Source: Alphaproteobacteria bacterium (lineage in GTDB: Bacteria; Pseudomonadota; Alphaproteobacteria; UBA828). From it: a stretch of DNA of 64,000 nt. Shown one piece after another: positions 1-10,123 of the stretch. Every line of letters starts with the position of its first letter. The first letter of the stretch is position 1. Below the pieces are notes generated by a model, which saw only the letters and a program-made list of their open reading frames with translations, searched no databases and was not told where the DNA came from. A program made the position numbers and the translations under genes. The DNA is taken from contig CBDCCI010000002.1 of NCBI GenBank assembly GCA_965214705.1, positions 2,656,001-2,720,000 on the forward strand. Direction: 5' to 3'.

Positions 1-761
1 TTGGTCGGGCCCGAGGCGAAGGTCAGCACCGGATAGCGCTCGACGTAAGCCGCGCTCATCAGGGTGCCGTCGTTCTGGCTGATGAAGAAGGGCGCATCGA
101 TCTTGAGTTCCTTCAACGAGTCGCGGAACGCGCCCACCACCTTGGCTGACAGCGAGACCAGGGCAGCATTCATCACCGCCGCGTTCTCGCGCTCGATCAG
201 CCCCACCCGGCCGATCTCGTTGGAGAGCGTGATCTGGGCCTGCGGGTGCTCGGCGCGGATGATCTCGGCGGCGCGGTCCTCCTGCGCGCTGTTGAGCGGC
301 GCGAAGACCGAGGAGACCGCCACCGATTCCAGCCCCTTGGCGGCGATATCGCGGGCAATGTTGGCGATCTCGGCCTCGTCCAGGGGCGAGATTTCGCGCC
401 CGTCCACCTCGTAGCCGCCCTTGGCCATGTAGACGTTGCGGCCGATGGTATCCACCAGGTCGCGCGGCCAGTCGATCAGGGGATTGAGGCTCTCGGTGGC
501 CGGCAGCGCCAGCCGCACGATGGCCACCGGCACCAAGCGTCGTCGCTCGACGATGGCGTTGGTGAACTGGGTGGTGCCGATCATCACACCGGTGACGGTC
601 TCCGGCGCGACCTCGGAGCGGGCCAGCACGCCCTCGATGGCGGCCACCACGCCCGCGCCCACGTCGGCGGTGGTGGGTGCCTTGATGGACGCGACAACCG
701 TTGCACCGTCCATCAGCACCGCATCGGTGTTCGTGCCGCCGACATCGACACCAATTCTCAT
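1..761 (-). CDS. Hydantoinase/oxoprolinase family protein (3' end beyond window start)
   Basis: Not in ORF track. Minus-strand translation from ATG 761: MRIGVDVGGTNTDAVL...MIGTTQFTNA...GGYEVDGREISPLDE...ERENAA...SQNDGTLM...SGPT; RBS CAGGAG upstream. Confidence 0.9.
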   Translation of the reverse strand, partial: MRIGVDVGGTNTDAVLMDGATVVASIKAPTTADVGAGVVAAIEGVLARSEVAPETVTGVMIGTTQFTNAIVERRRLVPVAIVRLALPATESLNPLIDWPRDLVDTIGRNVYMAKGGYEVDGREISPLDEAEIANIARDIAAKGLESVAVSSVFAPLNSAQEDRAAEIIRAEHPQAQITLSNEIGRVGLIERENAAVMNAALVSLSAKVVGAFRDSLKELKIDAPFFISQNDGTLMSAAYVERYPVLTFASGPT

Positions 762-925
762 GCTTTTCTCCTGCGCTTCGTGCTGCCGCATCCTAATCGC
801 AGTGCCATGCGACCGCACCGGCTAACGTCGCGCTGCCGCGCCCGATTGAACGCCGGACGGCAGAGACGTAGACTCCCCGCCAGGCAGCGCCGGCTGAACG
901 GCGTTCCAATGGAAGGGCACCGGCC

Positions 926-1693
926 ATGGCAACGGATGTGAGAGTAGTTACCCCGATCACCACCTGGGGTTTTCGGGACAGCTCCGAGTTTCGCGCCCTC
1001 GAAAGGCCCGACTTGACGATCAGTCATGTCGAGATCGAGACCGGACCGGCCTCGATCGAATGCGAATACGACGAGGCGCTTGCCGTCCCCGGAACGATCG
1101 CGAAGATCATCGAGGCCGAGCGTGACGGCTGCGACGCGGTCGTGATCGACTGCATGGGTGACCCCGGCATGCTGCCGGGACGCGAGTGCGTATCCATCCC
1201 CGTGATCGGGCCGTGCGAGGCGGCGATGCACGTGGCTTCGATGCTGGGTCACACCTTCAGCGTCGTCACGGTGCTCAAGCGCCTGCGCCCGCAGTTCGAG
1301 CATCAGGCGCAGCTCTATGGCGTGCGCGAAAAGCTCGCTTCGGTCCGTGCCGTTTCGATCCCAGTGCTGGAGCTGGAGCAGGATCTCGACCGTACCAAGG
1401 CGGCGCTTGCGGAGGAGGCGGTTCTGGCGGTCGAGGAGGACGGCGCGGATGCGATCATCTTCGGCTGCACCGGCATGCTGGGCTGCGCCGAGGCCGTACG
1501 CCGCGGCCTGCTCGCCAGGGGCTACGACGTGCCGGTGATCGACCCGGTGCCGTGGGCGGTCAAGCTCGCCGCGAGCCTGGTGGACGCCGGGCTCAGCCAC
1601 AGCAAGATCACCTACGAGCGCCCGCCGGCGAAGCCCGTGGTCGGCTACGAGATTCCACCGATGACGAGCCTCACCCGCGACGCCGCCGAGTAG
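926..1693 (+). CDS. Asp/Glu/hydantoin racemase family (hydantoin/allantoin racemase-like)
   Basis: GPASIE, IDCMGDPG and FGCTGM two-cysteine racemase motifs; divergent from the hydantoinase. Confidence 0.88.
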   Translation: MATDVRVVTPITTWGFRDSSEFRALERPDLTISHVEIETGPASIECEYDEALAVPGTIAKIIEAERDGCDAVVIDCMGDPGMLPGRECVSIPVIGPCEAAMHVASMLGHTFSVVTVLKRLRPQFEHQAQLYGVREKLASVRAVSIPVLELEQDLDRTKAALAEEAVLAVEEDGADAIIFGCTGMLGCAEAVRRGLLARGYDVPVIDPVPWAVKLAASLVDAGLSHSKITYERPPAKPVVGYEIPPMTSLTRDAAE

Positions 1694-1727
1694 GTGTCGC
1701 GCCCAACCCGGTGGACTGACGCGTCGA

Positions 1728-1907
1728 TCACGCCACCGCCTCCCCCGCGACCTCGGCCGTCGGCGTGGGGTGCCCGATCTGGGCCAACCTGACGCCCCTC
1801 CGGCGGATTTTCCCTTTCGGATCGACGGTTGCAGATTCGTCGAGGGCATCAAGTTCCCGAACTTCGAATTCATAACCTCCGCCAATCCAGTGGACTTGCT
1901 GATCCAT
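1728..1907 (-). pseudogene. Remnant of a second hydantoinase/oxoprolinase gene
   Basis: 59-codon frame MDQQVHWIGGGYEFEVRELDALDESA...IRRRG aligns without gaps to NVYMAKGGYEVDGREISPLDEAE...IAAKG of the gene at 1-761. Confidence 0.55.
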
Positions 1908-2121
1908 TTGTAGAGAAGGCGCGACTCGAGCGCTGATCAGCCTTGTGCGACTAAGTGCAGGAAACTCGTTATTCGACCGTAGGTGGATGCCGCTCGCGTG
2001 TCAGTCGGCGAAACGGATAGGTCCGCAACTTGTTCGGATAGGTGATCACGGCCGACAAAGACCCGAGCCTCTTCACCGACCGGCCAAGCTTTCGTCTCTC
2101 AGCTTAGGCTGATCGATTTAG

Positions 2122-4814
2122 CTACGGGTGCGGCACTTCCGGCGGTTTGTCCAGCCCATGCCGCTGTGCCACGGAGACGGCGAGGGCCCGCTTATTCACC
2201 CCCAGCTTGGCATAGATATTCTTCAAGTGAAATTTCACTGTTGGTTCCGAGAGCCCCAAGTGCCGGGCGATGCGCTTGTTCGAGTGACCTTGCGCAAGTT
2301 GTTCCATGACTTCCAGTTCACGTGAGCTGAGAATATGCGCTGCCTCTCCATGTTCCCCAGAGCGCATGTCAGACAACAATCGGGCGACGAATTCTACTTC
2401 AACCTCGCTCATGTCGCCGATCCCGGTGGTTCGAACGACTGCCTGCACCAATTGCGCCAGAAATCTACCCTCTTCGGCAAAGGAACCATAAAATCCGCAC
2501 GAGCTGCCTAGGGCGATAGCTTGCTTGAAGGGCTTGGCGGCGGCGCGACTGTCTCCGGATTCATGCAGCGCCATGGACTGCAGGATTAATCCCTTTACCC
2601 GGAAGCGAACCGCATTTGCTTCCTGGGACTTGCGAACCGCCTCGTTCAGTAACTCCACTGCATGGACGGCGTCGCCAAACCGAATGTGGTATCGGGCCAG
2701 GGAAAATGCCGCCATATAGAAGCCGCGCCAACACGCCCCGGCATCTCCTGCATCGGCGTGAGTCAGGCGATCGATATCCTGCAAAGTCAACTCGGCCAGA
2801 TCGGCCCGTTCCGCGCGGACAAACAGATCCAGCCGCTTGTAACAAATAAGGTGCTGAAGCCGGTGCATGTTTCGCCGCCTGATCGTCCGCTCCGCTTGAT
2901 CGAGTATCTCGGCCGCGGCCTCAAGGCCGCTGTTGGCATACGCCACCTCCATGGCCACTCGGCCGCGGCCTCAAGGCCGCTGTTGGCATACGCCACCTCC
3001 ATGGCCACCGTGTATCCCGGAACATAAAGCTCGCTCCACCCTTCCCTGACCTCGATATCGTGAAGCGAATTGAAAATACGCCGGCTGGCGGCCATTGGGT
3101 CGCCGCGTTCGAGATGGATTTCCGACAAGAGCACGGAAGCGATGCCCGCGAGCCCCCTGTCAGCGGGAAAATACCGCTCAGCCAGTTCTAGCGCCGTTGA
3201 CCTTCGTTTCTGGGCATCGGAGAGAAGACCTTCTTCAAGATCAATAATGCTAATGTTGATATGAATAAAGAACTGGAGATATTTAGCATCGAGATCCCGA
3301 TAGTAGGCCATGGACCTCTCGCCGGACAGTCTGGCATTCTTCAGATCGCCTGCCTGGATCTGCGTGACGCAAAGAATATTATGAAGAACTCCTCGAACGA
3401 GCGGTTCCGATTCTTGTGTCGATCGTATCAAACTCTCAAAGCGAGCAATATCTTCATCTGAAATCATCAGGTCTTCATAAATTCGGAGAAGCGCGCCGAT
3501 CAGCGTGATCTCGTCGGCCAGATCGCGATCGTCGGCTGCGCCTTGGGCGACGACTTCGTCGAAAAGCTTGGCGGCCTCAACGATCCGCCCTTCTTTCGCA
3601 AGGACGTAAGCAAAACACAACTTGGCGCGCGGACTGGCATGAACCGCATTCGTAGGAATATGATCCAGGAGAGATCGGAGATAACCCACACCCTGTCTTA
3701 TGCCGACTAGTACGCCGCCAGCGTTTTCGACATATCCTATCGCCCGCGCGTAAGCGTTTCCTGCCTTGGCGTGGTGCATAGCGGACTGGAGATCATCGGC
3801 AGCGAAGAACCAATCGGCAGCGCGTCGATGTAACGCATCGACATGCTCCCTGCCGAGATAAATCTGCTGTTGCCGCAAGAACTCCAGAAACAGTTGATGA
3901 TACCTGAACCACCCGTCTTCGGGAGCATCACTCCTCGAAATCAGGACGCCGGCCTTCCAAGTCTCGAGTAATTTCTCCCATCCGTCATTTCGCTCTCGAA
4001 CAGCATCTGCAAGATCGCCGTTCAAACGCTCCAGATGCGCCGTCTCCAGCAGAAATTGTTGTAGGTCTTCCGGAAGTTGTTTGAACACGCGTTCATTGAG
4101 ATAATCGGCCAACTCGGCCCGCGATCCGGACAGGCTGCTGACATGTCGCTCGAAGGGAACGCTGCCATTGTGGGTCAGGTGTGTCAGTTGAACCGCGACC
4201 GGCCACCCTTCGGTCCGCTCAATCAACTGCCTCGAAACCTGCTCGTCCAGCGGTTGATCGAACAGCACTCCTATGTCCGCTTCGCAGAATCTAAGGTCGT
4301 CGACCGTGATCTCGTGGACTTCACCTTGCAATCTCAATCCTGAGACCGGAATGCCCGAACGCTCTCTAGTTGCAATGACGATATGCAAGGTTTGTGGGCT
4401 GTTGTGGATAAGGTATTCGAAAAGCTCGAGGCATGCGCCGGTATCAGCGAAATGCGCGTCGTCTATGATCAGGCATGCCTCCACACCGCTTTCGCGCAAC
4501 AGCGTTGTCAACATCGAGAGGCGAGCAAGCGGCTCCGTATCGCCCGAAACGGAAGCGTGAACACCGAGGTCAGCCCTGGCCGCCTGTTCCAGGAGCGCGA
4601 TCAACGACGTCGGATCGCAATCGCGGCGTTCAATTTGAACCCAGGCCCAGGCAATACCGGAACTAGCTAACCTGGTGCGCAGCTGATTCAGTAGGGTCGT
4701 CTTGCCATATCCGGCCGGTGCGTCGATCAGCGTCAGACGCCGCCCAAGATTGTCCTGAATGCGGTCGAGGAGCGGTGTCCGTTCGATCAGTACGACCCTG
4801 TCCGGTAAAGCCAT
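2122..4814 (-). pseudogene. MalT-like (LAL) LuxR-family ATP-binding transcriptional regulator, frameshifted
   Basis: N-terminal APAGYGKTT Walker A, IIDDAH, TEGWP, FRYHQLF (ORF 2787..4814); C-terminal LuxR HTH LSSRELEV...SNKRIA..L..SEPTVKFHLKNIYAKLGV (ORF 2122..2958); frames split by a 50-bp tandem duplication. Confidence 0.88.
2908..3007. repeat. Perfect 50-bp tandem duplication
   Basis: CTCGGCCGCGGCCTCAAGGCCGCTGTTGGCATACGCCACCTCCATGGCCA at 2908-2957 and 2958-3007. Confidence 0.95.
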
Positions 4815-5087
4815 CGACCCATGCCCGGCAACTGGTCCGGCTCGAATCTTAGTCCATGGACGGTTTGTCGACCAAGCTGGCTGATCGGCGGATCACAGCG
4901 GAGCAGGACGGCCCGCCTGGCAGGACGATCGTCTCCAGGTCTGGCCGCCTGAATTCCAGGCGGCCACGTGGCCGTACGACGTTGTAGTGTTGTTCGGCGT
5001 GCAAAACTGCTCCCCCCAGTATCACGCCACTTCAATAGGTTATCGCGCCGATCGGCGCGCAACTCACGTGCCGAACAACAATCCGGG

Positions 5088-5990
5088 CTAATAGTCGCGG
5101 AGTTCCGAGGCTTCGGTGGCGGCCTTGGCTCCGCCGCGCATCCGGCCGCTGATCCAGACGCCGAGTATCGTCGCTAGATAGGGCAGCGAGAGCAGCACGT
5201 CGTGCGGGATGCTCGCGCCGAAGAGAAGCTGCAGCCTGATTCCCGCGACGCCCACCAGGCTGAAGAACATCGCGGCGAAGGCAGCGGCGACGGGATGGCC
5301 CGCGCCGAAGATGACGGCAGCGAAGCTCATGAAGCCGCGTCCGGCGGTCATGTTCTGGGCGAAGATGGTGAGGCCGCCGGCCGCAAGCTCTGCCCCGCCG
5401 AGGGCGCAGAGGATGCCGCCGGCCGCCAGCGCGATGAGCCGCGCGGTGGCCGGACTGGTGCCCACGCTGCGTGCCGCCAGCGGGTGCTCGCCGGCAGCGG
5501 CCAGACGCAGGCCGAAGCGCGTGCGGCGCAGCAGCACCCACATGCCCCACACCACAAAAGGCATCATCAGAACGAAGATCGAGAGCGCACCGTAAGGGCC
5601 AAAGGCCGCGCCCAGCCGGGGCACGCCAAAAGGCGCGGTCACGGCCGCGAGGCTCCCGAAAAGGGCCTGCACCGCCAAGGCCGTCCCGCCGATCCCGAGC
5701 CCGGTGAGGCCGAGGCCTGCGATGATCGGGTTGGCGCCCAGCTTCTCGATCACGAACCAGAGCAGCACGGAGGCGGCGACGCAGAGCATGCAGGCGATGC
5801 CGATAGCGGCCGGAAACGAACCGGTCAGCACGATGCCGAGAATTGTCGCGCAGGCGCCGATGATCATCACGCCTTCGAGGCCGAGGTGCCAGACGCCGGC
5901 GCGCTGGGCGATGACACCCGCCATGGTGACGTAGACCAGGGGCGTACCAGAGCGCAGAATCGCCACCATGAACTCGTGGAACTCGGTCAT
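5088..5990 (-). CDS. Nucleoside/BMP-type ABC transporter permease
   Basis: Start MTEFHEF in ATGA overlap with the upstream permease; GVWHLGLEG, RTRFGLRLAAAGEHP, MTAGRGFM, LPYLAT motifs. Confidence 0.88.
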   Translation of the reverse strand: MTEFHEFMVAILRSGTPLVYVTMAGVIAQRAGVWHLGLEGVMIIGACATILGIVLTGSFPAAIGIACMLCVAASVLLWFVIEKLGANPIIAGLGLTGLGIGGTALAVQALFGSLAAVTAPFGVPRLGAAFGPYGALSIFVLMMPFVVWGMWVLLRRTRFGLRLAAAGEHPLAARSVGTSPATARLIALAAGGILCALGGAELAAGGLTIFAQNMTAGRGFMSFAAVIFGAGHPVAAAFAAMFFSLVGVAGIRLQLLFGASIPHDVLLSLPYLATILGVWISGRMRGGAKAATEASELRDY

Positions 5991-7033
5991 GTTGGCAGCC
6001 TGGCGGCCCGCAGGAGGCGGTCCAACAGCCCCGATTTCGCAGTGATGAAGAGCGCGACCGAGGCGTTGAAGATGTCGATGGCGGCGGCTGGCAATCCGGC
6101 CAGAATTGGCAGGTAGAGCGCGGCCGACGCGAGGCCGCCGAAGAACATGCTGACGACCGCCGTCGCGAGCACCGAAAGGTTGGCGACCAGCGCAATGAGC
6201 ACCGCAGTGAAGCCGTGGCCGGGCAGAAATCCGCTCGCGATGCGCCCGGTCGGGCCGAGAAGCTCGATGGTGCCAGCGAGCCCGGCCAGTCCGCCGCTGA
6301 TGAGGAAGCTCGAAAGGCCCAGGGTCCAGAGCCGCGCGCCCTGAAAGCGCACCATTGTCGGGTTGCGCCCGGCGAGGCTCGCCAGCATGCCGAAAGGCGT
6401 ACGGTTGACCAGCACCCACATGGCGAGCGCGACGGCAGCGGCAATGCCGATGATGGCGGGCGAGATGCCCTGTGAATCGCTGATGCGATAGACCGCCGGC
6501 AGCAGCGGGCTCGCCGCCTGCTGCCCGGTGCCGGAGGGGTCCTTGAGCGGACCCGAGGTGACGTAGACCAGCACGAGGGCTGCGATGAAGTTGCCCATCA
6601 GCGTCGTGATGACCTCGTCGGTACCGGAGCGAAGCCGCAAGTATCCCGGCCAGAGCGCCCAGAGCGCGCCCCCCGCCATGCCGGCGAGAAAGGTCGCCGG
6701 CAGCACGAGGGCGGCCGGGCCGCCGCCGAGCAGGTCGGTGACGAAGGCAGCGCAGATGGCGCCCACATAGAACTGGCCCTGCGCACCGATATTGAAGAAG
6801 CCGCAGCGGAATGAGATTGCGACGCCGGTCGCGGTGATGAAGAGCGGGAGCGCCCAGCGCAGGCTCTGCGTCCAGCCGCCCGCCCGCAAGAAGGCGCCCT
6901 CGACGACGCTCTCGAGCATCAGGAGCGCCGAGTAGCCAGCGAGCTCGAAGACGATGCCGCAGAGCGCGAGCGCGAGAACGATGAAGGCGAGCGTGCGGAT
7001 TACCGCGCCTGCGCGGATGCGGATGCCGCTCAT
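5987..7033 (-). CDS. Nucleoside/BMP-type ABC transporter permease
   Basis: FNIGAQGQ, EVITTLMGN, GGLAGLAG, GFTAVLIAL; hydrophobic helices. Confidence 0.9.
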   Translation of the reverse strand: MSGIRIRAGAVIRTLAFIVLALALCGIVFELAGYSALLMLESVVEGAFLRAGGWTQSLRWALPLFITATGVAISFRCGFFNIGAQGQFYVGAICAAFVTDLLGGGPAALVLPATFLAGMAGGALWALWPGYLRLRSGTDEVITTLMGNFIAALVLVYVTSGPLKDPSGTGQQAASPLLPAVYRISDSQGISPAIIGIAAAVALAMWVLVNRTPFGMLASLAGRNPTMVRFQGARLWTLGLSSFLISGGLAGLAGTIELLGPTGRIASGFLPGHGFTAVLIALVANLSVLATAVVSMFFGGLASAALYLPILAGLPAAAIDIFNASVALFITAKSGLLDRLLRAARLPT

Positions 7034-8610
7034 TCGACCGCTCCGGTCATGGCGCGGCCCACCGAGGCGATGTCGTAGGGCGGAACGAACTCGGCGACAA
7101 TGCGGCCTGAGAGCATGACCACCAGGCGGTGGCTGACGTCGAACAGCTCGTCGAGGTCAGAGGAGATCAGCAACACGCCGCAGCCTCGTCCGGCCGCCTC
7201 GCGCAGCGCCGACCAGACAAAGGCGGTGGCACCGATATCGAGCCCGCGCGCGGGCTGCGCGGCGACGATGAGGCGCGCGTCTTCGTCGATCTCGCGCGCG
7301 AGGATCACCTTCTGCGCGTTGCCGCCAGAAAGCGCGCCGGCGTTCTGTGCCGCCGACGCATAGTGCACACCCCAGGCTTGGAGCGCCTCGTCGCAGCGCC
7401 TGCGCTGGGCGGCCGGGTCGACGAAACTGAACAACGGCCTTTGCATCAGATCGCGAACGGACCAGTTCTCCCACAGCGCGCTGGTGAGGCTGAGGCCCTC
7501 GCTGTTGCGCTCGAAGGGGATGACGCGCAAGCCCAGCGCGCGACGGGCGGCGGGGCTCGTGCGGCTCGCACGCGTTCCACCCAGGTGGAGTTCGCCACCG
7601 GTCACGTCGGTAAGTCCGGCGATCGCCTTCACCAGAGTCCCCTGGCCGTTGCCCTGAACTCCGGCGACGCCGACGATCTCCCCCGGCCGGACCGCGAGGG
7701 AAACCCGGTCGAGCGGCGGTTCCTCGGGCTCCTTCGCCGTGCTCACGTCGGCGAGTTTGAGCACCGCCTCGCTGGCGGAGGGCTTCGCCGCGGTGGGACC
7801 ATGGTGAGCGGCGGCGCTTCGAACCGGCGCCGCCCCGACTAGCGTCTGTGTATCGTCGGCGCCAACGGCGCCCACGGCGGCTTGGCCGACGATCATCTCG
7901 GCGATGCGCTTCTCGTCCGCCCGCTCGCGTGGGATCGGTCCGGCGACCAGCTTGCCTCCGCGAAGGACGGAGATCGTGTCCGCCACCGCCATGACTTCGC
8001 GGATCTTGTGCAGGATCAGGATCACCGTGACCCCGTGCCGCTTGAGGCTGCGGATACGCTCGAAAAGGGCTTCGATGCCGACGGGCGGGAGCACTGCCGT
8101 CGGCTCGTCCAGAATGAGCAGCCTGGCGTCGGTGACCAGCGCGCGAGCGATCTCCACTCCCTGCTGCACCTCGACCGGCAGGTCGCGGATGCGCCGGCGA
8201 GGGTCGACATTGAGATCGAGGGCCGCGAGCCGTTCGCGGCATCGCTTCAAGATTTGCCGACGGCTGTAGAGGCCAATGCCACCGCCCGCGCCGAACTCCA
8301 GCGCCTCCGCCACGGTGAAGGAGGGCGGCAGCGCGAAGCTCTGGTGCACGAGCTCGACGCCCGCCGCGCGCGCGCCGGCCACACGGCCGAGACGCAACGC
8401 GCGCCCCTCGATAGCAAGGGTCCCTGCGTCGGGGCGGACGAGCCCGGCCGCGACACGGGCAAATGTCGTCTTGCCGGCGCCGTTCTGGCCGACCACGGCG
8501 TGTATCGCGCCGCGCGCGAAGGCGATTTCGAGATCGGCGAGCGCCGTCACCTCGCCGTATGTGACGCGAATCCCACGGCAACGGAGGGCCGGCGGGTCCG
8601 CGGCGGCCAT
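7030..8610 (-). CDS. Nucleoside/sugar ABC transporter ATP-binding protein (two ABC domains)
   Basis: GQNGAGKTT, LILDEPT, LSGGNAQK, QPARGLD; start taken at MAAADPP. Confidence 0.9.
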   Translation of the reverse strand: MAAADPPALRCRGIRVTYGEVTALADLEIAFARGAIHAVVGQNGAGKTTFARVAAGLVRPDAGTLAIEGRALRLGRVAGARAAGVELVHQSFALPPSFTVAEALEFGAGGGIGLYSRRQILKRCRERLAALDLNVDPRRRIRDLPVEVQQGVEIARALVTDARLLILDEPTAVLPPVGIEALFERIRSLKRHGVTVILILHKIREVMAVADTISVLRGGKLVAGPIPRERADEKRIAEMIVGQAAVGAVGADDTQTLVGAAPVRSAAAHHGPTAAKPSASEAVLKLADVSTAKEPEEPPLDRVSLAVRPGEIVGVAGVQGNGQGTLVKAIAGLTDVTGGELHLGGTRASRTSPAARRALGLRVIPFERNSEGLSLTSALWENWSVRDLMQRPLFSFVDPAAQRRRCDEALQAWGVHYASAAQNAGALSGGNAQKVILAREIDEDARLIVAAQPARGLDIGATAFVWSALREAAGRGCGVLLISSDLDELFDVSHRLVVMLSGRIVAEFVPPYDIASVGRAMTGAVE

Positions 8611-8645
8611 CTGTTCCGAGAGCGCCTCCTGATCAGGGCGTACCT

Positions 8646-9719
8646 TCAGAGCTCCGTGTTGAACGGCACTTGGACCGATCCATCGAGGATGCCCGCCCGC
8701 GCCGCCTCGACCGCGGGCCACGCCTGGTCGGACCGCGCGACGATAGCCGCCGGCCCCTGCTCTCGATAGAGCGGCGAGCGGAGGAAGTCGATGACGCCGC
8801 TGCCGAGGCCCGTCGGGACATGCCGCCCGCCCTGCCACTCGGCGGCCAGCGCCGCGCTGGTCTCGTTATGGAGAGACTGGCCGAAGTCGAGGCTGACCAC
8901 CCCGATCACGGAGGCGGGCCCGAGCGGGTACTGGGCCGGATCGAGTGCGCTGACCATGGCGCCCTCGCGCTCGTTGGCCGCCTGGATAATGCCGCCGTCG
9001 GTCGCGGCGGAATCGGTCTGGATGTAGTCGATCCCGTCCAGGAACATCTGGCTCGCGATCTCGTAGCCCTTGGCCGGGTCCTGGAAGGAGCCCGCGAAGG
9101 CGGCGGTAACGCTGGCGTCCGGGTTGACCGCGTGCACGCCTGCCTTGAGCGCGTTGTAGTCGGCATTGATCGGCGGAATGCTGATGCCGCCGATGAAGCC
9201 GATCTGCTTCGATTGCGAGACGTGCGCGGCGAAGATGCCCGACAGATAGCAGCCGAGATAGTAGTCGTAGGAGACCGTCACCAGGTTTCCGATCGGCGGG
9301 TCGACGGCGTCGCCGAAGAGCTGGATCCACTTGGTATCGGGGTAGATCGGGGCCACCGCCTTGAAGGCCTCGGAGATGACCGGGAAGGTCCCGAGCACGA
9401 TGGAGGCACCCGCATCGCCAAGGGTGCGCAGCACGGTCTCGTAAGTCGCCGGGTCCTGGGCATAGATCGTGCGGGTCTCGAAGCCTTGCGCCTCCGAGAA
9501 TTGGTTGAGCCGGCCCATCATGGAATCGATGGGGCCGCTGTCGCCGGCCGCCTGGGTGTGAACCAGAGCGACGAGGCCTGCGCCCGCACGCGCGGCAAAG
9601 GGCAGCGCAACACTCGCGCCGACGACCGCAGAAACGCCGGCGGTCGCCGCCAGGAACCTGCGGCGGCTGAGGCGCGCAAACGGTGCGCCTGGACCAATCG
9701 CATTCGGCTTGTTCGACAT
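8646..9719 (-). CDS. BMP family (basic membrane protein) nucleoside-binding protein with Tat signal
   Basis: SRRRFL twin-arginine leader; IGFIGG, AGSFQDPAKG motifs; GAGGA RBS. Confidence 0.85.
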   Translation of the reverse strand: MSNKPNAIGPGAPFARLSRRRFLAATAGVSAVVGASVALPFAARAGAGLVALVHTQAAGDSGPIDSMMGRLNQFSEAQGFETRTIYAQDPATYETVLRTLGDAGASIVLGTFPVISEAFKAVAPIYPDTKWIQLFGDAVDPPIGNLVTVSYDYYLGCYLSGIFAAHVSQSKQIGFIGGISIPPINADYNALKAGVHAVNPDASVTAAFAGSFQDPAKGYEIASQMFLDGIDYIQTDSAATDGGIIQAANEREGAMVSALDPAQYPLGPASVIGVVSLDFGQSLHNETSAALAAEWQGGRHVPTGLGSGVIDFLRSPLYREQGPAAIVARSDQAWPAVEAARAGILDGSVQVPFNTEL

Positions 9720-9796
9720 GGCGTTTTTCCTCCTCTCCCACGGGCGCCCGTTGCGCCCGGTTGGCATTCGTGGGCAGGCCCCCATCGGCGGACCGT

Positions 9797-10123
9797 TCAA
9801 TCGGCGATGGGCGGTGAGCAGGGCGCCGGGTTCATCACCATCACGTCCTGCTCCTGGATCGCGTCGAGCGCCCAGACCGACTGGATGAAGGCCTGCCATG
9901 CGGGGTCCGCGCCCATCGCGGCGCGGCGCTGCTCGCGGTCGGCCAGGCTCTGGTAGGCCCAGATCAGGACAATCCGATGCAGCCGGCCGATCTCGGAGAC
10001 GTAGAGCCCGACGAAGCGGCCGAGATGGCGCCTCTGGATCGGCAGGCCTTCCGCCTCGTACTTCTTGAGCCAGCCATCCACTGTGCCGGGACGAAACGTG
10101 TAGGTGCGATGCTCGACGATCAT
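9797..10123 (-). CDS. NIPSNAP family protein
   Basis: MIVEHRTYT.RPG...EIGRLH...IWAYQSLADR..RRAAM..DP.W; ATGA overlap with GMC stop. Confidence 0.9.
   Translation of the reverse strand: MIVEHRTYTFRPGTVDGWLKKYEAEGLPIQRRHLGRFVGLYVSEIGRLHRIVLIWAYQSLADREQRRAAMGADPAWQAFIQSVWALDAIQEQDVMVMNPAPCSPPIAD

Noticed and set aside
64-941. Plus-strand ORFs at the window start
   Set aside because: The real gene is the minus-strand hydantoinase running off the window edge
2908-3007. CRISPR-like repeat
   Set aside because: Only two abutting copies, no spacers, inside a CDS; no CRISPR array or cas genes seen anywhere in the window
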